From positions 1 through 64,000 of the forward strand of contig NIVC01002227.1 in the NCBI GenBank assembly GCA_002269645.1: 64,000 bases of DNA, given 5' to 3'. The notes beneath the pieces are model-generated. The model saw only the letters and a program-made list of their open reading frames with translations, was not told where the DNA came from and ran no database searches. Shown here one piece after another: positions 15,338-27,700 of the stretch (its first letter is position 1; the number at the start of each line of letters is the position of its first letter). The DNA is from Macrostomum lignano. Its lineage: Eukaryota. The position numbers and the translations under genes are program-made.

Positions 15338-17548
15338 CTGTTGTTGTTGTTGTGTTGTGCAATCAATTAAGGAAGCTTTTCAAATTCGGCAAGTTTTTTA
15401 CCGTACTACTGAAAGTAAAAGGGTCATGCCCATTTTATTGACCCCTCGGAACGCCCGACGAAAATGGTACCCATAGGGCAAGAAGCGCCCCAGAATCACA
15501 ATTGCATCATCCCAGTTTTTTCTGGGCAGATCTGCTGTCTCCTCTGGCTGTCTCCCTGCCCTTGTGTCTCGGCTCTCATCCTGACAGTGGACTGGAGTCC
15601 TGGGGTTGATGTTCGTCCCGAATCGGGGATACCGGCTGAGTCCGAGGCCTCTTGCTCCTTGTGCCCCTTCCCGACCCTTGGCCTGGCCTCCAATATAGAG
15701 CTGGATAGGCGATACCCTTGGGCTTGCAGCCCTATAGGTTTTCTGGTGGCCTGACAGGGGAGTCTCGCCCTCGGAAACAAGCCTTCCAGACTCACTCCAA
15801 AATTAAGCCATTTCCGAGACTTCGGGGTCTCCCCGCTCTCGGACCGCTTTCAGTAGTATTCCAAATTTTTTCCAATTCTTTTTTCGCGCACTCACGTGAC
15901 TTGTCCGCTGGGTGCCTGGGTGGACTCGGTCTTAGCACCGTCCCTGATTCCACTGTTTGGGTTGGCGGTGTCTTAGTCCATAGGTTTGGGTTGGCAGAAT
16001 TCCCCTGGCCCAGACGTCAGGGTCCAATCTCGGGGCATCTCGGGCTATATGCCCCTGGCAGTGCCCCTCGGCGGCAGACTTAACAGCCGCCTCTCCGTCG
16101 CATTTGCAATCGTTTGAGTCGTTAAAAAAGTCACAAGAGTCGCTACAGAGCCAGGTGCAAGCTCTATGTGCCTTGGGGACTGGCTGAGAGTCATAACCCC
16201 AAAATTACCTGAGTATGCACATCAACGCAGACTCCGCGTTTCACATCGGCCAGCAGCTGATTGACAGCTTCGGCGGCAACGTCGTGCGCTGGTACACCGC
16301 GCCGGCCGATGGCGTTGGCGCCCAGCAGGCAGCCGGTGGAGCTGTGAGCAGTCAGCGAGATCCCGCAACCGTTGCCGACGCTCTGCGACGATTTGTCGAC
16401 AACGATATCGACGAAGAATGCCGTCGGATCCGTGTTGGATCCGAGTGCAGTCAGCAGCAGTTGGCGGGCTGCTGAGGCCATCTGAGTTGAAGATGCAAGT
16501 TAGAGCAGGGAGATAGCTGAGGAAAAAATTGTCTGGGCTTTTGCCTACTTACAGTAGGAGTAAATGAAAATTGATATCTTTTTTCGATTGTTCAACTAGT
16601 GTGAAAATGCTATAGAAATTTATAAACTAGAAAACTTTAACCTGGGTTAATAACCCGGACCAGCACTTTAACAGATGCTTAGAAATGGATGATGGGATCT
16701 CTAATTATGGATTAATCACCTGCTGCATGATGGGATCTCTAATTAGGGACCAATCACCTGCATGATGGGATCTCTAATTATGGATTAATCACCTGCTGCA
16801 TGATGGGATCTCTAATTATGGATTAATCACCTGCAGGATGATGGTATCTCTAATTAGGGATTAATCACCAGCTGCATGATGGGATCTCTAATTAGGGACC
16901 AATCACCTGCATGATGGGATCTCTAATTATGGATTAATCACCTGCAGGATGATGGTATCTCTAATTAGGGATTAATCACCTGCTGCATGATGGTATCCCT
17001 AATTAGGGATTAATCACCTGCTGCATGATGGGATCTCTAATTATGGATTAATCAACAGCTGCATGATGATATCTCTAATTAGGGATTAATCACCAGATTA
17101 ATTAAAAAATCCCGAAACGCGCGCCCTAATCCTCAACCTGCTGAGCTACTCGAGCTGGAATCGCGCCGCAGGCGTGAGCAACTCCGGTCACGCGGACCAG
17201 CTGGCCGGGGTCCAGCAGGCGTATTGGCGCTAACGGCGCTCCCCTGGGCGCCGGGGTGACTTCAAGCGCCAGCTGGCCGCCGCCACGCGGATAGAAGCCG
17301 CGTCGGGCCAGGCTCAGGCGAAACCGAAGGCCCAGCGTGGACTCGAGCAGCGGCGCCAGGGTGCCGGTGAAGTGCTCCGCCGGCGGTGCGAAATCCACAT
17401 TGGTGCCGCCGCGGAGGCTCAGTAGAGACGGCGAGTCGGCGAAGGCGAGCACCGGGAGGGCGGCTTGGACAAGAAGGCAGACGCTGCCAGCGGTGCCAAT
17501 GTCTTCGGAGTAGTTCCCACCTACATGTAGATGGTTGGGTAGATAGAT

Positions 17549-17587
<39 letters not shown>

Positions 17588-17608
17588 TACATACACACAG
17601 ACAGACAC

Positions 17609-17655
<47 letters not shown>

Positions 17656-17678
17656 CACAGACAGACAGACAGACAGAA

Positions 17679-17715
<37 letters not shown>

Positions 17716-17760
17716 CACAGACACACAGACAGACACACAGACAGACAGACAGACAGACAC

Positions 17761-17791
<31 letters not shown>

Positions 17792-17832
17792 CACAGACAC
17801 ACAGACAGAGAGACAGACAGACAGACAGACAC

Positions 17833-17879
<47 letters not shown>

Positions 17880-17880
17880 C

Positions 17881-17931
<51 letters not shown>

Positions 17932-17998
17932 CACAGACACACAGACAGACAGAGAGACAGACAGACAGACAGACACACAGACACACAGACACACAGAC

Positions 17999-18031
<33 letters not shown>

Positions 18032-18052
18032 CACAGACAGACAGACAGACAC

Positions 18053-18135
<83 letters not shown>

Positions 18136-18144
18136 CACAGACAC

Positions 18145-18175
<31 letters not shown>

Positions 18176-19574
18176 CACAGACAGACACACAGACAGACAG
18201 ACAGACAGACACACAGACACACAGACAGACAGACAGACAGTTTTGTCACAAAGCTACACACCCGCAATGGCACTGACAGAGCCAGCACCAGCAGGGGGAG
18301 GCCGGAATGTGACAGTCTGGCTGTCCCGCTGGCAGCCGCAGCAGTCGGCTTTGACAATCTGCTGCAGCAGCTGGATGCCAGCGTTGTGCTGCGCCTTCAG
18401 GCCCGGCTTGTCCCGGCCAGCCCGAATGCGGCAGATCTGTACTGGCCGGCCGAGTAGCGAGGACAGGGCGATGGCGTTGCGCAGAATCTGACCTCCCTGT
18501 TTTAGAGATAAATTAAAAATATAAATATAAACAAATCTAAGCTCTAAAATAAGTTAAAGCAACAGTCAAAATGAGCACCACATGATTACTCTAAGTCAGT
18601 AGTATTAGACGAGTTTCTGCTTTTTTAGCTATAAAAACAAGGTGTTATGATGGCACTACTAATTAGTGTTTTGGATCTTTTAAATTTCAAAGTTTTTAAG
18701 ATTAAAAAATTCAAGTGTAAATTTTATGTTAAATTAATTGGACCAATTAAACTGAATTTAAATTAGGAAACTTTTTTAGACAGCATTTATAAATTCTATG
18801 ATAATCAACTGATGAGTAAGACTGCATATCATATACAGCTTTAATTCTCATACATTGTATATCCATTTGACTTAAAAATTATTTTAAACATAAAATTTCC
18901 TATATAAGTTTTAATACAAAAAATTATGATTAAAATATCTTGAGTTAAAAAGAAAATATTGCCAAAAAGAAATTACTATTTTTTAGAAATCTAAGATTGA
19001 TAATTACTTTCACCAAAAATATAGAAATAAGAGAGGAATCAAATGAATTGTCCAAATTCTTTACAAAATTATGATATGGCTATCAGCAAAAAATGAAACT
19101 TTATAAACTTTTATACCATAGTTTTCATAATAAAATTCTTGCATACTTTTTCAGTATACCAAATTTGCACATGTCTATTTAAGTCTTTTTTGAGTACTCA
19201 CTACAGCAATGTTTACAACAATTAAATGCAATTATACTTGAAAGAAATCTGTAATATTATTTTAAGCTAAGCAATATTTAATACTAATCGTTTTACAGTT
19301 CAATGCAAAGTTGTAAACTGTACTATTGTAGAGCAGTATACATTATATGAAAGCAATGTACTTTGACTAGCATAAATGAATATGAAACAAAAAGTTATAA
19401 AAAAACTTCAAAATGAATTACTGATTAGGACGAGTCATTTGATTTAAACTACTTCTTTTTATATGCTTAAAATAAGCTAAGACAAAAATATTGACATAAT
19501 TTTAACTCATAACCATAACTTACACCTTCAAGAACGCTCCCATCAATCTCCAGAAGTTCGGCACTATCAGCCAT
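15119..19574 (-). CDS. RTCA: RNA 3'-terminal phosphate cyclase; complement join(19524..19574,18262..18496,17138..17520,16209..16481,15119..15337), 386 aa
   Basis: Motifs IDGSVLEG|[38 protein letters not shown]-x-H-TQ|DQL-x-IFMALA, and catalytic His in LTLHTRT. Splice phases 0,1,0,0 sum to 1161 nt. The exon 2 donor (18262/18261, gtgtgt) is the least certain boundary. Confidence 0.93.
16209..16481 (-). CDS. RTCA: RTCA exon 4
   Basis: MASAARQ...GNGCGISL...GVCVDVHTQ|gtaatt. Confidence 0.9.
16690..17098. repeat. 35/38-bp minisatellite in RTCA intron 3
   Basis: gatgggatctctaattatggattaatcacctgctgcat units. Confidence 0.93.
17138..17520 (-). CDS. RTCA: RTCA exon 3
   Basis: [16 protein letters not shown]...RGFYPRGGG...RVAQQ|gttgag. 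Confidence 0.92.
17535..18240. repeat. (GACA)n/(CACA) microsatellite in RTCA intron 2
   Basis: acag repeats filling almost the whole intron. Confidence 0.97.
18262..18496 (-). CDS. RTCA: RTCA exon 2
   Basis: aaacag|[19 protein letters not shown]...KPGLKAQH. Confidence 0.88.
19524..19574 (-). CDS. RTCA: RTCA exon 1
   Basis: [17 protein letters not shown]|gtaagt; missed by the ORF track because it is short. Confidence 0.9.
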
Positions 19575-21622
19575 TTGAAATTATTGAGAGTTTAACTATA
19601 AAAAACCTCTAAGTTAGTATTAAATATAATGAGTAATTTTTATGCTGATTGACAGAAGCTCTTACAATTCGGAGGAATCGGAGTGATGCGTTTAAAAAAA
19701 GAAAAGAAGTTGCACAACTTTACGAAATTTGTTGAATGTAGTAGTTGTAAATTGGCTCAGGCAAATGCTGATTCATAGAATTCATAGAATTTGAAATAAT
19801 CATCGCTGAGCCTTTTACGATTCACCAGTAAAACAACAACTAAACAAAGTTTTTATCTTACAAATGATAAATTATTTAAAAAATAAGTTTTAAACACTTT
19901 CAACAATATTGTCTCGAAAACAACACTATGCACAGTCCTGTTTCTTTCCGCTGACTCCTTATAAAACATCCCGGAGAACCGCATGCTTTGCAGGCACGCG
20001 TTTATACATCCTCACACAGGGTGCGTATAGCGGGCTTGACTAATCGTCAAATTGTCAGCCATGTAACACACTGCGCCTTGAGGGTCAGCCTTCCCTTTCT
20101 CACACCCATGTACCCCTTGAAGGTGGTGACACTAGGGCTAATCGCCAATCCGTGTTTACTGCCAGGGACTGACTACGCCTAAGCGAAGCGGGCCCAGGAG
20201 TCCCTGTTACTGCGCACGCATTCAAATCCAAGGGTTTTGTAGCGCTTGCAGGACAGACTCCAGTTTAGGACTCAGATATATCTGCCTCTCATTTTGTTAA
20301 AAATGTTACTACTTTTCTTAAGGGGCTATAGTACTTGAATTTAACGTGTTTTCAAATAGGTGGCGCTGCGACCGTCCTGCAAACGAAAATTCAATGAGCC
20401 CAAACTAAATGCAAGTAGTCTTACACCTAAAGTGCTCAGCATATGTACTTTAGTGGCGTACGTAAGAATTCGAAGGGGCCACGATCCTAAGCACTGAGGG
20501 CGCCGGTATACAGTACCGGTATTTGGTGTCCTGGGACTCTGCCTGCAGAGCCAATACAATTCAGCTATACGAAGTAGACGACGACGAGTACTGCACCTAC
20601 ACCTGAATGTGTAGATGTACTGTAAGTCGAAAAATAAACAAATAACAAACAAAAAACACACCAGAAACCAATTGTTTAATCACAAAAACGGGAAACAACA
20701 AGGCTGGGGGCGAAGTACACACACTAATTTACTTAGGTTTTTGTCTGTTGAATACCGGTATATATATTTATTTATTTCGCTACTTTTCCGGTGCAAACCA
20801 GCTAATTGATAAGTAAGAGGGCAATAAAAGAAAGTCCGAGATAGTGATATCTGCCGTAGAGTTAATTGTTGATCAATCAAGGAATTGAGGCTGAGGATGC
20901 GAGTGGGCGGGTATAGGCGACTCAAACATGTTGGGCGTGCATTACTACTCGAACAAGAATGCCTAGCGAGTAGTAAAACAAAGCAGCGACTTGCTTATTA
21001 TAATCTCACAATAGTTTAAACAACTTAATAAGCAGCAGGACAAGGTCCGATGGTACAACAAAACATTGCGCATAAATCAAACAGCGGCGTCATATGCGAA
21101 TGAACTACTCGCAGTAGTTTGTCAATAGTAGTGAACACATTTAAATAATTTTTTAACATAATTAATTTAGATTATCTTTTCAAAAAGCTATATTTGTTTT
21201 CTTAGAAATAGAGCCGCAATTTGAATTCGCGCTATGCTTTTGTTTGTCTGGATGTAGTTTTTTTTTTAATTTATCGATTAATAATGAGTGTGGAAAATAC
21301 GTGTACATTGAGGGAAAGGGGGTTGGCGGTCGATCAAAAAAACCTTTGAGAGCAGAAGTCTGAATATTTATTAGAATTAAAAAAAGAATCAATCTCACGC
21401 CAAACAAAAGTACAAGAGCTCAGGTGCAAAGAGAAACACAAAACTTCTTAATAGAAATAGTACAATAACAAAGTCTAGTTCTAGAGTATTGACATTAAAG
21501 GGTTGGCTTAGTGTGTTCTCAACTGAAGTATCATTTTAACCTCAGTGGCGTAAAACTTCAAGTTTAAAACTCAAAAATCAAGAGTTTGCGCAGGTTTCTA
21601 CTTAAGTAAACTTAAGCATTCA

Positions 21623-21628
21623 TTTATT
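21623..21628 (-). promoter_or_regulatory. Candidate UBR4 polyadenylation signal
   Basis: AATAAA on - about 80 nt after the stop. Confidence 0.45.
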
Positions 21629-21706
21629 CTAGCAAAAATGTGCAGCAAAAAAGCCTGGTTCATAACGAAACTTCCTTTTCTTCAATAGTTTGCATAAGTC
21701 TCTCAT

Positions 21707-21783
21707 TTATTCCTTTTCGCCAACCTTGGCCTCGAGTGTGTCCTTCAGGAACTGCATTGGGTTGGGCGCCTGCTCCAGTAGGC
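21707..21783 (-). CDS. UBR4: UBR4 terminal exon
   Basis: cag|GC CTA: [25 protein letters not shown]. Confidence 0.88.
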
Positions 21784-24700
21784 CTGCGGGTTGAATGACG
21801 GGCGGATGAAACCAGGTGATGGGGGTGAATGAACCCAGGTGATGGGGGTGAATGAACCCAGGTGATGGGGGTGAATGAACTCATGTGATGGGGTGAATGA
21901 ACCCATATGATGGGGGTGAATGAACCCATGTGATGGGGGTGAATGAACCGATGTGATGGGGATGAATGAACCCATGTGATGGGGGTGAATGAACCCAGGT
22001 GATGGTGCTGGATGGGCCAGGTGATGGTGCTGGATGAGCCCAGGTGATGGTGGTGGATGAGCCCAGGTGATGGTGCTGGATGAGCCCAGGTGATGGTGCT
22101 GGATGAGCCCAGGTGATGGTGGTGGATGAGCCCAGGTGATGGTGGTGGATGAGCCCAGGTGATGGTGGTGGATGAGCCCAGGTGATGGTGGTGGATGAGC
22201 GCAGGTGATGGGGGCGCGTGAATTCAGCTGGAGGGGCGGATGAATCCAGCTATGGGGGCGGATGAATGCAGCTGAGGGGGCGGGTGAATCCAGCTATGGG
22301 GGCGGATGAATCCAGCTATGGGGGGCGGATGAATGCAGCTGAGGGGGCGGATGAATCCAGCTATGGGGGCGGATGAATGCAGCTGAGGGGGGTTGAATCC
22401 AGCTATGGGGGGCGGATGAATGCAGCTGAGGGGGCGGGTGAATCCAGCTATGGGGGGCGGATGAATGCAGCTGAGGGGGCGGATGAATCTAGCTATGGGG
22501 GGCGGATGAATGCAGCTGAGGGGGGCGGGTGAATCCGGCTATGGGGGCGGATGAATGCAGCTGAGGGGGGCGGGTGAATCCGGCTATGGGGGCGGATGAA
22601 TCTAGCAAAGGGGGCGGGTAAATGCAGGTGCGGGCGCGTACGAACCCAGGACGCAACTGATAGGCAACTTACCGGCGCAATCAAAGAACTCATCGATAGA
22701 CTCGCACGGCAGCAAGTCGTCCTCGAAGACGCGCAGAACCCGATTGCAGCAGTCGATGACCTGGGCATCGTTGTGCCTCAGATAGTCAGTGAGACATTTT
22801 GCCCAGCTCTCCGAGCCCGACTGTTTGGCGTTGACAAACAGAATCCTATAGTAGCTGTCAATCAAGCCGAAGAACATCAGCGCCGGTTTGTAAACAGTTC
22901 GATAGTCCTCCGGCGAGCCGGTTCGAGGTTCGGTTGAAGCCAAGGCGGCCGAGCCAACAGGCGTGGTGGCAGCGGCGTGAGCGTGGTACAGCAGTCGGCG
23001 AAGATGACGCAACCGGTTGGCTGCCCACTGCCGAGGTCCGTGCAAGAAGAAGCTCATAGCGCATCGATAGTAGGGCCCGTCCAGGGTCCAGCTGGCCTCG
23101 AGCCAGGACTTGGCCGGCGCTTCAAGGTACTGACGTTGCAACGGTTCTTCTTTGGCTTCGCCGTCCTTGGCGCTGAACAGGTGCAGGCCCAGGTGCAACA
23201 GGTACGGCAATAGTTGGGCATTGCTCTGCCGGCCGCCGCCAAGGGTCTCGTCTGAGAATGAGCGCTCGCGAGCGAAGCGGAGTAGCAACAGTTTGAGGTC
23301 GTGCGCGTACAAGTGATAGTTGATGTCGCGCAGCTGGGTGGCCTCCTGGGGTGGGAGCGAGATGGTGTGATGAGCGAGATTATGACTGATGATGAAGAGA
23401 CTGTGACTGATGATGATGCAGAGTGAGACTGTGACTGATGATGATGCAGAGTGAGACTGTGACTGATGATGATGCAGAGTGAGACTGTGACTGATGATGA
23501 TGCAGAGTGAGACTGTGACTGATGATGATGCAGAGTGAGACTGTGACTGATGATGACGCAGAGTGAAACTGTGACTGATGATGATGCAGAGTGAGACTGT
23601 GACTGATGATGAACACTGAGACTGTGACTGATGATGAAGAGTGAGACTGAGACCGATTTTTTTTATTAGAGGCAGGGGGGTTGTGTGCACCCTGGCGCAC
23701 TTTAAGCGACATAGGCACACAACCGGCGAGAGGCATTACTGCCCATTCCGCCGACTCCCCTGAGCAGCACACAAGCGCGCGGATACGCTAACTTTGAGAT
23801 TTGACTTTAACTTTGTGAGATACCACTCACACTGGAGTGTACAGCGGCCCTAACTTTATTTTTAAGCGGCCCTAACTTTATTTTTAAGCGGCCCTAACTT
23901 TATTTTTAAGCGGCCCTGACTGTGACTGATGATGATGAGTGAGACTGTGACCGATGATGATGAATCAGACTGTGAGTGATGATAGTTAAATTCTCAGATG
24001 CAATAGAAAAGTCACAAGGTCGCCTCTTCCGCAACTCAAGAAAAGCTGGCGCACCTGGAGACAAGAGTGGTGCCGGCTGAGACAGCTGGCAAAGCCCAGA
24101 GCCTGCACAGCCGGCCCGTACAGCGGCAGCAGGCCGTTGCAGCGAACGTTGCCATTGTGCAAGAACGCGCTGTCCCATTCGCCGCGCTCCCGACTGTGTT
24201 TGACGGCGCTGACGTGGCACTCGATGTGAATAACAGTGAAAGCTGTCACGGTGCTAATGCCCTGGGTCTTGCGGGGCCTGGCTTCCAGCTCTTCCAGCTC
24301 TGTGCGCCTGCGGGTGATTGAGTAGTGGGTTGGGAGATTTAAGTTGAAATCCCTGCCTGTCTGTGCGTGTCTGTCTGTGTGTGTGTGTGTGTGTGTCTCT
24401 GTGTGTGTCTGTCTTAGTGTCTGTCTGTCTGAGTGTGTCTGTCTTAGTGTCTGTCTGTGTGTGTGTCTGACATAGTGTCTGTCTGTGTGTGTGTCTGTCT
24501 TAGTGTCTGTCTGTCTGAGTGTGTCTGTCTTAGTGTCTGTCTGTGTGTGTGTCTGTCTTAGTGTCTGTCTGTGTGTGTGTCTGTCTGAGTGTGTCTGTCT
24601 TAGTGTCTGTCTTAGTGTCTGTCCGCCTGAGTGTGTCTGTCTTAGTGTCTGTCTGTCTGTCTGTGTGTGTCTGTCTTAGTGTCTGTCTGTCTGGTATGTC

Positions 24701-27700
24701 TGTCTTAGTGTCTGTCTGTCTGTCTGTGTGTGTCTGTCTTAGTGTCTGTCTGTGTGTGTCTGTCTTAGTGTCTGTCTGTGTGTGTCTGTCTTAGTGTCTG
24801 TCTGTCTGAGTGTGTCTGTCTTAGTGTCTGTCTGTCTGAGTGTGTCTGTCTTAGTGTCTGTCTTAGTGTCTGTCTGTCTGAGTGTGTCTGTCTTAGTGTC
24901 TGTCTGTCTGAGTGTGTCTGTCTTAGTGTCTGTCTTAGTGTCTGTCTGTGTGTGTGTCTGTCTTAGTGTCTGTCTTAGTGTCTGTCCGCCTGAGTGTGTC
25001 TCCCGACCGGAAATAATTGTTCTTTAAATGCGTCAAATAGCACATAAAAAATGAATTGGGGGGAATCCCAAAATAACTGTCGAAACGACACGAAATTTGT
25101 GAGAATCGACAATTGGTGGCACAGCTTGGCACAAATATAACTGTGCCAAGCTGTGCCAATTGGCACATGTGACACAATTAAGAATCAAATTTTTAATTGT
25201 GCACTGCTGTGCCACAACTGTGCCACAACTGTGCCAGTTGTCTCAGCTATTTTTGAGTGCTTATAATTGTGCACAACTGTGCCATAAATGTACCATTTGG
25301 CACCATACGAGTAAATGTGCAGCTAGAAGCAGTTAAACTAGCGCGTACTGTGCCATTTGGCGTAAATTCTCCAGACGAGTGAATTTGCAGTTTAAAGCAG
25401 TTGAACTAAGCACATAATATGCTATCTGATGCTGTTATAGTTGACCCGTTAGTCAACTACGAGTTATGAAGTGTATGAAGTAGCTAAGATTTGCGAGAGG
25501 TCCTTCTCATGTTTAAATGAGGGAAGACAAATTGAAAAGAGTTGTCAATGTAAATTAAACTTTAAAATAATGTTGAGCGCGAACATAAACAGATTAAAAC
25601 AGTTGGAAAAAGGGATGTTGCATAAATACGTATATATTTAATGGGAAGTAGCAAATAGGACAAAAAACATGTATAAAACAGGAAAAAGGGGAGGCTGCGG
25701 AATTAAAAAATGCATACTAGAAGTTAACGGAAAGAAACATAACCGACAGCGGACATTGGACAGGAAACAAAAAACAACGTAATTAAAAAGCGCGGTGCAT
25801 GAAAATTGTGGTGCCAGCCAAAGAGTTTACACTTCTAATACATTTGAAACTAAAACATGCAATGTAACAAATTAACTACTGAGTCGACTACACGTGGCAC
25901 AGGATTTTAATGTAACAACATGTATACATCTAATGTATTAATTTAAAAAGCACAAACAAACAACTAGATAAAAAACAAGCAATTAGTGAAACCAACTCCA
26001 ATACCTCTGTTCCCCTATACTTTTCTAGTTAGACAACAAGTCTGATTCCTGGTGCTATTGTAATTTACGAGTCTGGAACTAACTATAGTAATGTAGTTGG
26101 TTACTTTATGTGGGAAAGAGCATATTTCCAGGGGAAAACAAAACCAGAAACATGAGGGAGACAGACCAAGCTAGACGGGTCCCGCATCTGCCAAACAAGT
26201 TTAGTTTTGCTAGATGCAACAGCAGATATCCCGCGCTCAGTCCTCGCGAGTGCATTAGCCGCCTCCGACTGCACAGTGTCAGTGACATTGGCAGCCGCAC
26301 CTTGACGAAGTTTCTTTACAGGCAAACGTCCGGATTGCTTTTCACGCCGACTGACGGTGATGGAGCATCGGACGTAGGCCTTTTCAATCGCTTTCATTGG
26401 TTGGGATGTCGATTCCAGCCAGGTAGCAGGCGTGGCCGACCAGGCTCAGTAGCGCGACCGCTCAACGACGTTACCAAAATCTCGTCGTCGCTGAAGCACC
26501 CCGCACCATCTCGCGGAGAAGTGCATTGAGGTTGGCCGGAGTCGTTGGTTCTTGATATATCCTTACTGGCCATGACCCTGGTCTGAGCGACGTTGGACGT
26601 AAAGGCGAAACCGATTGGCTGCAGAGGTGTTTTTTAAGGATTGAAGAGCGTTTGAGAGTAACAATAGGATATTTGCGCGATCATAAATGAAGGACTATTA
26701 ATTTCTTACCGTAGTATAATTTCTTTCCATTGTCGTCGACCAGCATGTTGTCAACTGTGACGGCTGGGTCCACGAGCTGATCTAGATGGACGGCGAGATG
26801 CTGCGTGATCTGCTGCTTTAGTTCTTTTGTAATGGCGTCAATCAAACGCGGTTGCGCCATTTTCGAGCGTCTGAGCAGATCATGCCGCAAGTTGGGAGTG
26901 AAAACCTGCCGGTCATCTGCCAAAATCGAAGCTACTGACGTCGCAGCCTCAGTGCAAGTTGCACCGGGTGTGCGTCAAACAGTTTTGTTAGGTAATTAGT
27001 AATAAAAAAGGTTATTTGAGCCAAGTGTGCCAAGAAGGACAAAGATATATAACTGTGCCAAATGTCATAGCTGTGGCACAACTGGTACAATTGTAGCAAG
27101 TGTGCCAAGTGTGCCAGTCTGTTTTAATAACCAATTAGCTATAAAAAGGATATTCGTGCCAAGTGTGCCAAGAAGGACAGTCCAAGACAGTTATATAACT
27201 GTGTCAAATAGTATAGCTGTGGCACAACTGGTACACTTGTAGTGAGTGCGCCAAGTGTGCCAAATGGTTTCCAAGGGGAATTAGCTATAAAAAGGTTATT
27301 TGTGCCAGGTGTGCCAAATAGGACATACAAAGACATTTATAACTGTGCTAAATGGTATAGCTGTGGCACAACTGGCACAATTGTAGCAAGTGTGCCAAGT
27401 GTGCCAATTGGTTTCATTGGCCAATTAGCAGTAAAAATACTATTTGTGTCAAGTGTGCCAAATAGGACATACATCGACATTTACAAACTGTGCCAAATGG
27501 CATAGCTACGGCACAATTGGTACAATTGTATCAAGTGTGCCAAATATGACATACAAAGACATTTATAACTCTGTCAAAGGGCATATTTGTGGCACAACTG
27601 GCACACTTACTGTTTTTGAAAGGACAAATATTTTCGGTCGGGCTGTCTTAGTGTCTGTCTGTCTGTCTGTCTGTCTGTGTGTGTCTGTCTTAGTGTCTGT

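Noticed and set aside
15119-19574. RCL1 as an alternative identity
   Set aside because: The catalytic His (LTLHTRT) and the RGFYPRGGG and EGGGQILR motifs fit the active cyclase RTCA.
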